Part shown: one piece after another, positions 46,659 through 57,377 of the stretch | Numbering within the stretch: the stretch's first letter is position 1 | Layout: each line of letters opens with the position of its first letter | Assembly (NCBI GenBank): GCA_964644605.1 | Contig: CAZXWS010000039.1 | Location: 1-60,969, forward strand | Direction: 5' to 3' | DNA from: an uncultured Gammaproteobacteria bacterium | GTDB taxonomy: Bacteria > Patescibacteriota > Microgenomatia > UBA1406 > GWC2-37-13 | Length of the DNA stretch: 60,969 nucleotides | Program-made: the position numbers and the translations under genes | Notes under the pieces: model-generated | The model's database searches: none | The model's input: only the letters and a program-made list of their open reading frames with translations | What the model was told of the DNA's origin: nothing

Positions 46659-47894
46659 ATGGATAATCTTAAAAAAGACTTTCCAATTTTTACAACTGAT
46701 CCTAAATTAGTATATCTTGACTCGACAGCCACTGCTTTAAAACCTGATACAGTAGTGCAAAAACTTGAGGAGTATTACACTCAGTACTCAGCCAATATAT
46801 TTCGAGGGGTATACAAAATATCTGAAAAAGCTACACAAGAATATGAAGCAACGCGTATCGCAGTAGCTCGTTTTTTACATGCCTCACGCCCAGAGGAAGT
46901 TGTCTTTACAGGAAATACAACTGGCAGCTTAAATTTAGTTGCCTACTCACTCGGCAGACAGATTGTTGACGAAAAAAGCGAAGTGATGACCACCATTATG
47001 GAACACCATTCCAACTTCGTACCATGGCAAGTGTTGTCACAAGAAAGCGGGGCAGTGTTGAAAATTATCGATATTAATGAACAGGGATATTTACAAGGTA
47101 CTGATGAAGGATTTCACTCATTGGAAGAAGTTATTACAAAAAAAACAAAGATACTTTCGTTAACATATATATCCAATGTTTTAGGAACTATTAACCCTAT
47201 AAAAAAAATAGTAGCTATAGCAAAACGCTTAAATCCTGAAATAATAGTCGTGATTGATGCAGCTCAAGCAGTTCCTCACATACAAGTGGATGTGCAGGAT
47301 CTAGGGGCTGATTTTGTTGCGTTTTCTTCACATAAAATGCTTGGTCCGACAGGTGTCGGTGTTCTTTGGGGCAAATATGAAATTTTAGAAAGAATGTATC
47401 CATTCATGTATGGCGGTGAAATGATTAATGGAGTGTATATAGACCATTCAGAGTATAAATTGCCTCCTCATAAATTCGAAGCAGGGACACCGATGATCGG
47501 TGAAGTGATAGCTTTACGATCTGCAGTAGAATATTTGGAAAAGCTGGGTATGGAGGGGGTACATGCACATGAACAAAGTATAGTCGAATATGCGTTGCAG
47601 AAATTAACAGCTGAATTTGGTTCACGCATGAAAATATATGGGCCACAGAATAGTAAAGATAGAGGTGGGGTAATCGCATTTACATTAAAAGGATGTCATC
47701 CTCATGATGTCGCTCAGATACTAGATGAAGAAAATATAGCTATACGTGCCGGGCATCACTGTGCTATGCCCTTGCATACTCGACTCGGCCTTGGTGCTAC
47801 CTGTCGCGCGAGCTTCTACGTATACAATACCAAAGAGGATGTGGATTCACTCGTTACAGCATTGCAGAAGGTAGAAAAAATATTGACAAAATAA
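46659..47894 (+). CDS. sufS: Cysteine desulfurase SufS (class V aminotransferase)
   Basis: YLDSTATALKP, SSHKMLGPTGVGVL (PLP lysine) and RAGHHCAMPL (catalytic Cys). Start at ATG 46659. Confidence 0.9.
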   Translation: MDNLKKDFPIFTTDPKLVYLDSTATALKPDTVVQKLEEYYTQYSANIFRGVYKISEKATQEYEATRIAVARFLHASRPEEVVFTGNTTGSLNLVAYSLGRQIVDEKSEVMTTIMEHHSNFVPWQVLSQESGAVLKIIDINEQGYLQGTDEGFHSLEEVITKKTKILSLTYISNVLGTINPIKKIVAIAKRLNPEIIVVIDAAQAVPHIQVDVQDLGADFVAFSSHKMLGPTGVGVLWGKYEILERMYPFMYGGEMINGVYIDHSEYKLPPHKFEAGTPMIGEVIALRSAVEYLEKLGMEGVHAHEQSIVEYALQKLTAEFGSRMKIYGPQNSKDRGGVIAFTLKGCHPHDVAQILDEENIAIRAGHHCAMPLHTRLGLGATCRASFYVYNTKEDVDSLVTALQKVEKILTK

Positions 47895-47912
47895 TAATTT
47901 ACTTTTTATTTG

Positions 47913-47947
47913 TACTTTTGACTTTTAACTTTTGATTTTTGACTTTT
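47913..47947. repeat. Heptanucleotide tandem tract (tactttt gactttt aactttt gattttt gactttt) directly upstream of sufU
   Basis: Read directly. Positions 47913-47940 are the exact reverse complement of secA 17629-17656. Confidence 0.8.
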
Positions 47948-47949
47948 TT

Positions 47950-48303
47950 ATGTCTATTTATCAGGAAATTATATTAGAACATTACCGTAACCCTCAAAAT
48001 CACGGACATATTGAGAATCCTACTAAGTCAGTGACCGTGAATAATCCGCTCTGTGGAGATATTCTCACTATGGAAGTTTTAGTTGATGGAGATATGGTTC
48101 GTGACATTAAGTTTGATGGTGAAGGCTGCGCTATATCTATTGCTTCTGCTTCGTTGCTTACTGAAAAAGTAAAGCAGCATACATGGTCTGAAGCACAAGA
48201 GTTTACTCCAGATACAGTAAAAGAATTATTAGGCATTGAGTTAAGCCCCAATCGTCTCAAATGTGCTCTTCTACCGCTCGAAGCCCTCAAAAAATTACTA
48301 TAA
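47950..48303 (+). CDS. sufU: SufU/IscU-like Fe-S scaffold / sulfur acceptor
   Basis: YQEIILEHYRNPQNHG, NPLCGD, GEGCAIS and RLKCALLP. Confidence 0.85.
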   Translation: MSIYQEIILEHYRNPQNHGHIENPTKSVTVNNPLCGDILTMEVLVDGDMVRDIKFDGEGCAISIASASLLTEKVKQHTWSEAQEFTPDTVKELLGIELSPNRLKCALLPLEALKKLL

Positions 48304-48321
48304 ATAGTGTAAAATAGACAG

Positions 48322-48594
48322 ATGGACAATACCTTAAAAGACCCGCAGCTTCCTTCTGGACCAGTAAACGTGCGTACATTACGAGTAAAAGTAGACAGGG
48401 ATCTCTGTATCGGCGCGGCAACATGTATTGCAATAGCGGAAAAATCATTTAATTTAGATCAAGATGCAAAAGCTGTCATTTTAAACACTGTTGACCAAGA
48501 TAGTGATCAAGTGATCATTGATGCCGCTAAAGGATGTCCAGTGGCGGCAATTATTATAGAAAATGAAAAAGGTGAGAGAATCTTCCCGCGATAA
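48322..48594 (+). CDS. Small ferredoxin
   Basis: VDRDLCIGAATCIAIA ... GCPVAAI, typical of single-cluster ferredoxins. Confidence 0.7.
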   Translation: MDNTLKDPQLPSGPVNVRTLRVKVDRDLCIGAATCIAIAEKSFNLDQDAKAVILNTVDQDSDQVIIDAAKGCPVAAIIIENEKGERIFPR

Positions 48595-48715
48595 TGCTAT
48601 TTATAATGAACGTATTTGTCCCGAGTGTGGCTATAAAACGATCAGTGGGATGCCTGGAGGGAGAGATGCTACATGCAAAAATTGTGGTTTTAAGGATCCA
48701 TGTTGTTACGATTAG
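48563..48715 (+). CDS. Candidate 50-aa zinc-ribbon ORF (not in the ORF track)
   Basis: Translation MKKVRESSRDNAIYNERICPECGYKTISGMPGGRDATCKNCGFKDPCCYD, with CPEC...CKNC pairs. It overlaps the ferredoxin 3' end in another frame. The start is uncertain (ATG 48563 or GTG 48572). Confidence 0.4.
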   Translation: MKKVRESSRDNAIYNERICPECGYKTISGMPGGRDATCKNCGFKDPCCYD

Positions 48716-48787
48716 AACCGATTTGTATCAAAAATTTGAACATTATTAATTGAATAGCTTAATCAAGCAACAAAAAGCAAAAAAAGT

Positions 48788-48816
48788 TTGACAGTTGGCA
48801 GATAATCTGCTATACT
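48788..48816 (+). promoter_or_regulatory. Sigma-70-like promoter of lon (TTGACA, 17 nt spacer, TATACT)
   Basis: Consensus -35 at 48788-48793 and near-consensus -10 at 48811-48816. The lon ATG lies 10 nt after the -10 box. Confidence 0.6.
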
Positions 48817-48826
48817 GCTAATTACT

Positions 48827-51295
48827 ATGACATTTAAACTTGGAGCATCAGAACAATCTACTTATCCGGTCGTCGCTGTTAGAGAAGGCATTGTATTCCC
48901 CCGTACTGAGAACGTACTAGTGTTTGGTCGTCCGAAGAGTATGGAGGCCTTAAATGAGGCGCAAAAGCGTGATAAGAAGATCGTTTTACTGACTCAAAAA
49001 AATCAACTCACAGAAGACCCCGACACAGAAAGTCTTTATAAAGTCGGAGTATTGGCTACAATTGAAAAAGTATCCTTCGGCGAAAAAGGGGAAATGACTG
49101 CATTGATCAAAGGAATTGAGAAAGTAGAGGTTGTTGAGTATACAAAAGAAAGTCCATATTATGAGGCTGCTATTCAAATTATTTTGGATAAAAATGAAGA
49201 AGACGAAGAAATTCAGGCAATGGTTCGACATATCTCCAATCAAATCAAACGTAGTATAAACCTCGGAAAAACTATAGACTTCGTCTTTTTAATGAATATT
49301 CTCAATATTACGCAAGCTACAGACTTTTCTTACCAGATAGCTATGGTGCTGGATCTTAAAACGAATGAGAGACAAGACCTTTTAGAGGAAACTAAGTTGA
49401 AAGAGCGTTTGAAAAAAGAGGTCAACTACGTCAATAGAGAGGTTCGTATACTAGAAATAGAACATAATATTTCCTCTAAAACTCAGCAAAAATTTGAACA
49501 GGGTATGAAAGAAACGTTTCTTCGTGAAAAAATGAAGACAATAGAGGAAGAACTGGGCGGCAAAGAAGAAAGTGATGTGGCAGAGTACCGAGCAAAGATT
49601 AAAAAAGCGAAAATGCCAAAAGAAGTAGAGGAAAAAGCAATAAAAGAGCTTAAAAGATTAGGACAAATGTCACAGTTTAATCCAGAGGCATCTTATATTC
49701 GTACGTATCTAGATTGGTTAGTTGAACTGCCATGGTCAGTGAAATCGAGTAACTCAATCGACATCACTACAGCGCAGGAAGTATTAGACGCTGATCATTT
49801 CGGGTTAAAAAAGGTAAAGGAAAGAATTTTGGAATTTTTAGCGGTGATGGAGTTACGTAAACAGAAAGAAAAAGAACAGGAGGAAAATTCTAGTGCTCCG
49901 CGAAAGGAAAATCCGCCTACTATCCTTTGTTTTGTAGGACCACCTGGTGTTGGTAAAACTTCATTAGGGAAATCTATCGCCAAATCACTCGGAAGAAAAT
50001 TCGTAAAAATTTCACTCGGCGGTATTCGTGATGAGGCAGAAATACGAGGGCATCGACGTACCTATGTAGGCGCACTTCCAGGCAGAATGATTCAAGGTGT
50101 CAAACAGGCTGGCACAAAAAATCCTGTATTTATGCTTGATGAAATTGATAAAGTCGGTAAAGATTATCGTGGTGATCCTTCTTCTGCACTGCTTGAAGCA
50201 CTCGATCCAGAGCAGAATCATTCTTTTTCAGATCACTACTTAGAGGTTCCTTTTGATTTATCTGATGTATTCTTTATTACGACTGCTAATATTCTTGACA
50301 CAATACCTGAAGCTCTCATGGATAGATTAGAGATTATTCCTTTTGCTGGATATACTGAGGACGAGAAATTCAATATTGCCAAAGAATATTTAGTTGATAA
50401 ACAACTTGCTGCTCATAGTTTAACTAAAGAACAAGTGAAAATTACTGATGAAGCTTTAAAAACTATTATAAATCGCTACTCACGGGAAGCTGGTGTACGT
50501 GAATTAGAACGGCAAATAGCAACAGTGTATCGAAAAGTAGCTCGCGAAATAGTGGAGAAAAAAATCAGCAAAAAATCAGTGACTATCTCTGATCTTCAGA
50601 AATATCTTGGACCTTTCAAATACTCGTCACAAATTATTGAGGAAAAAGATGCTGTCGGTATATCAACTGGCCTTTTTGTTACTGCTGTAGGCGGCGGTAT
50701 ATTATTTATAGAAATAACACCAATGCCTGGTAAAGGTAATCTCATTATTACCGGTCAACTCGGCGACGTAATGAAGGAGTCATGTCAGGCTGCCCTTTCC
50801 TATGTAAGGGCACGATGGGATCTTTTTGGCTTAAGTAAAGATTTCTTCAACAAAATAGATATTCATGTACATGTACCAGAAGGAGCTACTCCAAAAGATG
50901 GACCATCTGCCGGTACAGCTATTACCACAGCGATGGTGTCCGCACTCACTAAAATACCAGTTCGCCGAGATGTCGCAATGACGGGAGAAATTACACTCAG
51001 AGGAAGAGTACTTGAAATTGGTGGAATAAAAGAAAAAGTTATAGCTGCACATCGGGCAGGTATAAAAACAGTGATAATGCCAAAAGATAATAAAAAAGAC
51101 TTGGAAGATATCCGAAAGAATGTGTTAGATGACTTAAATCTGCACTTTGTTGATCATATGGACGAGGTTTTGAATCTGGCCTTAGCTTTCCCGAGCAGAA
51201 AAAAAGAGCTTCCTTTTATGCAGCAGGGAAGTACTAAACAATATGCGAGGGTGCAAGCGAAAGAGGAGAGTACGGATACTGAAGTGATTCATTGA
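48827..51295 (+). CDS. lon: ATP-dependent Lon protease
   Basis: Lon N-terminal domain, Walker [10 protein letters not shown], Walker B MLDEIDK and protease catalytic site PKDGPSAG. Confidence 0.95.
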   Translation: MTFKLGASEQSTYPVVAVREGIVFPRTENVLVFGRPKSMEALNEAQKRDKKIVLLTQKNQLTEDPDTESLYKVGVLATIEKVSFGEKGEMTALIKGIEKVEVVEYTKESPYYEAAIQIILDKNEEDEEIQAMVRHISNQIKRSINLGKTIDFVFLMNILNITQATDFSYQIAMVLDLKTNERQDLLEETKLKERLKKEVNYVNREVRILEIEHNISSKTQQKFEQGMKETFLREKMKTIEEELGGKEESDVAEYRAKIKKAKMPKEVEEKAIKELKRLGQMSQFNPEASYIRTYLDWLVELPWSVKSSNSIDITTAQEVLDADHFGLKKVKERILEFLAVMELRKQKEKEQEENSSAPRKENPPTILCFVGPPGVGKTSLGKSIAKSLGRKFVKISLGGIRDEAEIRGHRRTYVGALPGRMIQGVKQAGTKNPVFMLDEIDKVGKDYRGDPSSALLEALDPEQNHSFSDHYLEVPFDLSDVFFITTANILDTIPEALMDRLEIIPFAGYTEDEKFNIAKEYLVDKQLAAHSLTKEQVKITDEALKTIINRYSREAGVRELERQIATVYRKVAREIVEKKISKKSVTISDLQKYLGPFKYSSQIIEEKDAVGISTGLFVTAVGGGILFIEITPMPGKGNLIITGQLGDVMKESCQAALSYVRARWDLFGLSKDFFNKIDIHVHVPEGATPKDGPSAGTAITTAMVSALTKIPVRRDVAMTGEITLRGRVLEIGGIKEKVIAAHRAGIKTVIMPKDNKKDLEDIRKNVLDDLNLHFVDHMDEVLNLALAFPSRKKELPFMQQGSTKQYARVQAKEESTDTEVIH

Positions 51296-51365
51296 TTCAT
51301 TGCTTACATTGTTGTAGCAAGCTAAACGGTAGTTCTAGTATTTTAGCACTTTATATATTTTTTTG

Positions 51366-52376
51366 CTAAACTTTCAGTTTCAGGTATAGATCACGTATCT
51401 TGTGAACGCTGTTATAAACAGAGTACATGAATGGATTAACAACAAGATCAAAGCTTCCGGCTAAGTGCGTAAATTGCGCATTATATCCTTCCTTAAATCG
51501 TGTAAATCCAGCCCATGGGTTATTCTGATTATATTCAGGGGCTAGTGATCCCCACATATCAAACTTTTCGCACCCTAATTTTTTCCCTATTTTAATTGCT
51601 TCCCACATCAGTAGGTTGGCACCCATAAGATTTCGATGCTGTTCAGAAGATCCACCATAGGGATAATAGAAAGTTTTATTAAAATTAAATAATTCGTATG
51701 CTGCCAACGGTATGTCTCCATAAAAAGCGATTAGGATATGAGCGATATTTTTTTGAAGCGTTTCCCATACGATACGATGATACTCATGTGTGTGGCCATA
51801 ATATTTTTGTCTATGTGTTGTATCAAAGTACAGTTTTGAAAATATCTCAAAACCTTTTGAATTTGAGAGCTCTTTTACAGTAACACCTTTTTTTTCAGCA
51901 AGGCGGATGTTGTATCTCGTTTTTGGTTTCATGTTTTGCAGGAGTTCATTTTCTGAAGGACTAATATCAAGCATGAGCGTCCACTCGGGAAATAAGGCGT
52001 GTGATGAAGGGGCTATTTTTAGTTCTGATTGGTTGTTTTCAAGCGAGAAATCTTGCTTAAGTATGTATGGCTCGAGTTTGATAAATATAATCTTTTTTTC
52101 AGCTGCTAGTTTCTGTAGTTTAGTAAGAGTTTCTTGTGAGGGCCATACGGAACGAGGGAGATAGCCGATTTTATAGGGTGTGTGAGGAATAGGGTGTATA
52201 GTCAGCTGAAAAATGTTTGTAAGCGAGTCTCTTTCATTCGAAAATTCTCCTAAACGGATAACTTCTATACCCATTTTTTTCCGCGCTTCGCCCCATTCCC
52301 ATGATTGGAGTGGGTGGGAGGCTACCGCATTATAAACGGTTATATCAAAATTATCCGGAATATAATCAATATGCAT
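51366..52376 (-). CDS. FemAB-family peptidoglycan peptide-bridge aminoacyltransferase
   Basis: SWEWGE, KPKTRYNIRLAEKKGV and the overall FemX-like layout. Confidence 0.75.
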   Translation of the reverse strand: MHIDYIPDNFDITVYNAVASHPLQSWEWGEARKKMGIEVIRLGEFSNERDSLTNIFQLTIHPIPHTPYKIGYLPRSVWPSQETLTKLQKLAAEKKIIFIKLEPYILKQDFSLENNQSELKIAPSSHALFPEWTLMLDISPSENELLQNMKPKTRYNIRLAEKKGVTVKELSNSKGFEIFSKLYFDTTHRQKYYGHTHEYHRIVWETLQKNIAHILIAFYGDIPLAAYELFNFNKTFYYPYGGSSEQHRNLMGANLLMWEAIKIGKKLGCEKFDMWGSLAPEYNQNNPWAGFTRFKEGYNAQFTHLAGSFDLVVNPFMYSVYNSVHKIRDLYLKLKV

Positions 52377-52401
52377 ACCAGAAGTATATCAAAAGAAGAA
52401 G

Positions 52402-53508
52402 TCATTTCACCATCGCTTTGAGCTGCGTTAGCGTTTCTTCAGCACATTTTTCCCAGGAGAATTCAGTAATTCGTTCGAAGCCTTTATTTTTGAGCTCTTT
52501 TTGAAGTTTTTTATCATTAAAAAGCAGGTTGAGATTAAATAATAAATCTTGAGAACTTTTAGGTTCAAAATATAGACATGCCTCCCCGCCTACTTCGGGC
52601 AAACTGGCAGCATATGAGGTAATGACTGGACACCCATATGACATTGCCTCAAGTATGGGAATACCAAACCCTTCATAGAGTGATGGTAGTACGAAACAGA
52701 ACGCATGCTGATACAATGCCGATGCTTCAGCATCCGGGATATATCCTGTAAAAATAATATTTTCTTGATTTTCTGACATACCTTTAATAATCTCATCATA
52801 CATCCAGCCTTTTTTACCGACTATAACAAGCTTCATGTCTTGATGTGTATTATGGAATTGATTAAAGGCTGCAATGAGTGTTGGAATATCTTTGCGCGGT
52901 TGGAGCGTTCCCAGGTACAAGATATACTTTGATTGTTGTAAAGAATAGCGATTAGCAAGAGTTTCCCATACTTCTTTTACGTTACTGGAGCTATTTTTTT
53001 CGAAACCATTATAAATAACGTCAATTTTATTATCAGAGATTTCATAAAATTTCATGATATCCTTTTTAGTAGTTTTTGAGACCGCGATAATTTTTTTTGC
53101 TTTTTCTACTGATTCTTTTGTCCAGTTTCTGAGCTTAAACAAATCTTTTTTTAGAAATTCATCAGGATAGTAATAGTAAGCGAGGTCGTGGATAGTCACT
53201 ACCAGGGGTAAGGGCAAGGAAGACGGCGAATAGTGAGCCGGAGCAAAAAAAACATCACTTTCTCGTCTTATGTTTAAATATAACGGCAGGAACAGTCGTA
53301 GCCACAATGTCGGTCCGAAGACAATGCGATATTTAAAGTAAGGAGTTTCTGAAGGCAAATCGGGATTAGGTTTCTTTCGAAGATAAATACGAAATTGAAT
53401 ATCTTTATCAGCTTGTTTTTGAAAATACTGCAGCAATTTGGATGCATACACAGATACTCCAACCTTATGCTCGACATTAGCTTCATTACCATCTATTCCT
53501 ATGATCAT
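52402..53508 (-). CDS. Glycosyltransferase family 4 (GT-B, GT1-type C-terminal domain)
   Basis: LPSLYEGFGIPILEAMSYGCPVI motif. Confidence 0.85.
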   Translation of the reverse strand: MIIGIDGNEANVEHKVGVSVYASKLLQYFQKQADKDIQFRIYLRKKPNPDLPSETPYFKYRIVFGPTLWLRLFLPLYLNIRRESDVFFAPAHYSPSSLPLPLVVTIHDLAYYYYPDEFLKKDLFKLRNWTKESVEKAKKIIAVSKTTKKDIMKFYEISDNKIDVIYNGFEKNSSSNVKEVWETLANRYSLQQSKYILYLGTLQPRKDIPTLIAAFNQFHNTHQDMKLVIVGKKGWMYDEIIKGMSENQENIIFTGYIPDAEASALYQHAFCFVLPSLYEGFGIPILEAMSYGCPVITSYAASLPEVGGEACLYFEPKSSQDLLFNLNLLFNDKKLQKELKNKGFERITEFSWEKCAEETLTQLKAMVK

Positions 53509-53588
53509 ACATGAGTTATACGTTTACGGTATCGCTGCTCGTTTCGTATACCGTCGAACGGCATGGATATGTCACTAGACGCTATATA

Positions 53589-54692
53589 TTAAGTCTTCTT
53601 AGGCGTATCCTGCAATATTGTAATAAGATTATTATAATAGTTTTCAGGAGAAAATTGAGCAGAGTGTTTTAATCCTTTCGCACTGAGGTCTGCACGTAGT
53701 TTTTCATTTTCGAGAAGTTTTTTTAATGTTGCGCTAATGTCATCAATTTCTAAGGGGTTAAAAAGTATAGCCGCTCCTTCGCTTATTTCTTTCAGTGATG
53801 AGGTGTTAGATGTCGCTACTGCTGCTCCTGACATCATTGCCTCAATTACTGGATAGCCGAATCCTTCCCATACAGATGGCATTACAAAAAAAAGACAAGC
53901 ACGATAGAGTGCAAACAGTTCAGTATCACTGAGATATCCGGTAAATTTGATATTGGGATGCGCTTTTTGATCAATAGTATCCCATCCCTCTGGGCCAACA
54001 ATCACAAGCTTGACAGTATCTAGGTGTAATTGGGAAAATGCTTGAATAAGTCGGCCAATATTTTTGCGGGGTTCAATTTTACCTACTGAAAGAATAAAAG
54101 GTTTTGATAATTGTAATCTCTTCAGCGTCTCGTTACTATCTTTTTGCTCTACAGTAGGAATTTCAATACCTGGATAAAGAACTTTAATTTTTTCAGGCGG
54201 AATATTCATAAGTTCCATTAAGTCTTGTTTTGTTGCTTTGGAGAGCGCGAGAAAAAGCGAAGACTCTTTTTTTGCCCAATTAAGTCGTTGTTCTTGTACT
54301 TTTCGTATTTGTTCTGGTACTACTTCAGGAAATCTTTTATACGCTAAATCGTGAACAAGGGTTGCAAGACATGAATTAGCAGGAGGTTGTGTCCAGTCTG
54401 AAGTAATAACCCAGTCTTGATCGCCTATTAAAGAGTTTATGTTAATCAGGTGGAGTTTATTCCAAAGAAGATCTAACATTTTAGGAGATAATGGGTATTT
54501 TTTTAATTGATAATGTCTCTTTGACAGTTGTTTATGTAAGTTTGTATCAAGATTTCTTCTTAGTGCTGAAAAAAAGAAAGTCCAACTATTCTCTGTATCA
54601 TATTTTAGAATACTATCAAGCATTCCCGCGTTATATCGAGCGCTTCCGGTCCCCTTATAAACGATTTGAGATATATCAATTCCAATTTTCAT
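53589..54692 (-). CDS. Glycosyltransferase family 4
   Basis: MPSVWEGFGYPVIEAMMSGAAV motif. Confidence 0.85.
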   Translation of the reverse strand: MKIGIDISQIVYKGTGSARYNAGMLDSILKYDTENSWTFFFSALRRNLDTNLHKQLSKRHYQLKKYPLSPKMLDLLWNKLHLININSLIGDQDWVITSDWTQPPANSCLATLVHDLAYKRFPEVVPEQIRKVQEQRLNWAKKESSLFLALSKATKQDLMELMNIPPEKIKVLYPGIEIPTVEQKDSNETLKRLQLSKPFILSVGKIEPRKNIGRLIQAFSQLHLDTVKLVIVGPEGWDTIDQKAHPNIKFTGYLSDTELFALYRACLFFVMPSVWEGFGYPVIEAMMSGAAVATSNTSSLKEISEGAAILFNPLEIDDISATLKKLLENEKLRADLSAKGLKHSAQFSPENYYNNLITILQDTPKKT

Positions 54693-54703
54693 ATGAAATA
54701 AGT

Positions 54704-55909
54704 CTATTGTTTAGGTTTCCGTATTGATCTATACATTACTTCAAGCTGGTGAGCTATCGACTGGTAGCTATATTTATCCTTTGCAAACTGAAAGGCATTT
54801 TTGCGCAAATTATCATACAGTGTTTTATCTTTTAAAATACTTTCAACTGAATTAGCAAACTGTGTAGGTGTATCAGCTATCAGGACATGTTTTTTGTGCT
54901 CTACTTCCAGTCGTTCTGCTGCGATTTTTGTCGAGATAGTGGGGAGTCCTGAAGCTAATGCTTGAAGGATCTTGAGGTTGGTCCCTCCTGGTCCAAACAT
55001 TGGGGCAATAAACAAGGTTGAGTTTAAATATAGATCGCGAATTTCTTCTACTGGTAACGGTTCGTCTCCGAGTATTTGAACATTTTCATCAATGCCTTTA
55101 GTAATTTTAGACTGTGCTTTTTGGCCCGCTATGATCACACGAATATTTGGAATACGTTTTTTTAACGGAGGGTAAATTTTTTCTAAAAGATACTCAGCTG
55201 CTTCAGTATTTTGAAGCCAATAAAAATTACCTATAAATAGCAGTATGGGTTTACTGATATCTTTTTTTTCAAGTTTTTCAACAAACATTTCATCCCCCGC
55301 CCCATTAGGTACAACTACTGGGTTTATTGAGGGCACTAGTTTTTTAATTGTTTGCTGGTCGGCATCTGAGACAGTTGCAACAAGTTGAGCCTTTTTCCAG
55401 TAATTAATTTCTGATAATCGAAGCTTGAAAATGTCCATGTAAAAAAGCGGACGCAGCCAAAGAGGGAGTGTTTCAATAAAATGCATATATACCTGGTATT
55501 CAATAGTTTGTTCTACAAGAAGTACAGGCACTAATGTTTGTGGAATATGCGGCATAATATAAAAAGTTTCCGCGTGAATGACATCGAAATTTTCTTCATT
55601 TAGTAATTCTTCTATAATTTGGTGTGCCTCTTTTGAGTAGTTTCGAACCATTAAAAATGGGAGCAGTGAAAAAACTGATTTTAAGACATTACCTAATTGC
55701 CATGGTTTTTCTGCGCGTTTACATACATATAATTTCTTACAGTATTGTTTTAAATGTGCTGCATATCGTTTCTCTTTTTCGTTTTTATAAAGACAAATAA
55801 GTGTAATATCGTGGTTTTCGCTTAAGTATTTTAGTAAGTAGAGACTTCTAATTTGTCCACCAGACGCAGGCGGGTAGGGTAGATACGGGGTCAACATCAA
55901 TATCTTCAT
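54704..55909 (-). CDS. Glycosyltransferase family 4-like
   Basis: N-terminal PPASGGQIR and C-terminal GGTNLKILQALASGLPTIST. Confidence 0.75.
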   Translation of the reverse strand: MKILMLTPYLPYPPASGGQIRSLYLLKYLSENHDITLICLYKNEKEKRYAAHLKQYCKKLYVCKRAEKPWQLGNVLKSVFSLLPFLMVRNYSKEAHQIIEELLNEENFDVIHAETFYIMPHIPQTLVPVLLVEQTIEYQVYMHFIETLPLWLRPLFYMDIFKLRLSEINYWKKAQLVATVSDADQQTIKKLVPSINPVVVPNGAGDEMFVEKLEKKDISKPILLFIGNFYWLQNTEAAEYLLEKIYPPLKKRIPNIRVIIAGQKAQSKITKGIDENVQILGDEPLPVEEIRDLYLNSTLFIAPMFGPGGTNLKILQALASGLPTISTKIAAERLEVEHKKHVLIADTPTQFANSVESILKDKTLYDNLRKNAFQFAKDKYSYQSIAHQLEVMYRSIRKPKQ

Positions 55910-57372
55910 AGCTTGAAGAGGATAAATGTGTCATTTTGGAAAACTACCTTTAAATCTTTTTTTAAGTCAGAGATCATATGTGGGTCAGCAGTAACTAAGT
56001 ATTTATAACCTTGCTGCTTGAGTTCTGTAGTAGATTTATATACTGCGGGAGCTCCTTTTCTATTTGCTAAATAGAGCAGGGTTGTATCACCAAGCCGATC
56101 AGTTACTATTTTATCGTCCTCTTTTGTTAATGTTTGAATAATATTGGCTATTTGCGGTAAATCAGATGGAGTAGCGTAATAGTCTTTCACTTTATAATAG
56201 GAAAAAGAAAATCCGAGAATTATCACAATTATTAATATGGGGTATGCTGCTACGCGATTAATATTATTTTTGGTATTTGTCAGTATAAATTGTGTACCAA
56301 GACCCACGAATAGTGCTAATGCAGGTAATATCAAAATTTGATAGTACTCGTGTTGAACATTTCCTCCTTCAAAAACAAATAGATACAGAAGAGCTGCAGC
56401 CAAAATAGTATGCAGGAAATAACGCCGATTTTTTGTAAGAATACCGATGATAAATAGTACAAGTACATAACCTCCAAATATGTAGTTATTTATACGTTCA
56501 AAAAAGATCCAGCGAAAAAATGCTGGTTTTAAAAATGTATTTTTTTGACCTTCAAATGTGTTGACGCTTGTAATTAACCACCCACTAGCGGGGATACCCT
56601 CAGGATATGCTTGAATATATTGCCGCCACATCAGAAGTGGTATAAATCCGAGTACAAAGTAAAGATAAAACCATATATTTTTAAGTATTGAAATTTTATA
56701 ACGATCTATAAATAGATAGAGCAATGGAAGAGCATAAAAAATAACAGTAGGTTTAACTAACAGTGCTGAAGCAAATGATATAAAAGATAAAACATAAAAA
56801 ATTAAAAATTGTTTGAATTGTTTTGATTCAAAATCGAGAGCTTTGTATAAGAAGAAAATCGCTAAAAATGCGAGCGACGTAGCAGCTGGATCGGGAAGAA
56901 CGACTCGCGAAAAGAAGACAAAGAACGGCATAATCGCAAACGTGGCTGACGCAGCAATGGCTGCAATTCTTCCGGCTTCTTTTCGTGCCAAGTAGTATAT
57001 AACACCAATAGTCACCAGCGAAAAAAGTATGGTCACGATTCTTCCATGAACTTCTATGGGGAATACTGGAGCAAGTTTAGATGAGAGTGCAAATAATGCA
57101 TTATAGATAGGAAACTCGACAAAACGATATCCCTGAGGGTTTTCTTTGCCTGATTGGACATTTGAAAGGTCATCATATCGTGGATGAAGAAAATCAAATC
57201 CCTGTTTAACAAAGTTTCTTCCAACTGCAGCTGTATCTGCCTGTCTCCATGAGTGTAGGTCAGCTAGAGGGGTATTGATTTTATATAGTCGAAATGCAAA
57301 AGCCACACAGATAATAGTGAGCAAAATGACTGTGTCAATTGTTTTTGCAAAAGAAAATTCCTCTTTTTTCAT
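55906..57372 (-). CDS. Polytopic membrane glycosyltransferase (GT39/GT83, ArnT/PMT-like)
   Basis: About 11 TM segments with N-terminal LHSWRQADTAAVGRNF, typical of the PMT_2-type family. Confidence 0.65.
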   Translation of the reverse strand: MKKEEFSFAKTIDTVILLTIICVAFAFRLYKINTPLADLHSWRQADTAAVGRNFVKQGFDFLHPRYDDLSNVQSGKENPQGYRFVEFPIYNALFALSSKLAPVFPIEVHGRIVTILFSLVTIGVIYYLARKEAGRIAAIAASATFAIMPFFVFFSRVVLPDPAATSLAFLAIFFLYKALDFESKQFKQFLIFYVLSFISFASALLVKPTVIFYALPLLYLFIDRYKISILKNIWFYLYFVLGFIPLLMWRQYIQAYPEGIPASGWLITSVNTFEGQKNTFLKPAFFRWIFFERINNYIFGGYVLVLFIIGILTKNRRYFLHTILAAALLYLFVFEGGNVQHEYYQILILPALALFVGLGTQFILTNTKNNINRVAAYPILIIVIILGFSFSYYKVKDYYATPSDLPQIANIIQTLTKEDDKIVTDRLGDTTLLYLANRKGAPAVYKSTTELKQQGYKYLVTADPHMISDLKKDLKVVFQNDTFILFKL

Positions 57373-57377
57373 AAATA

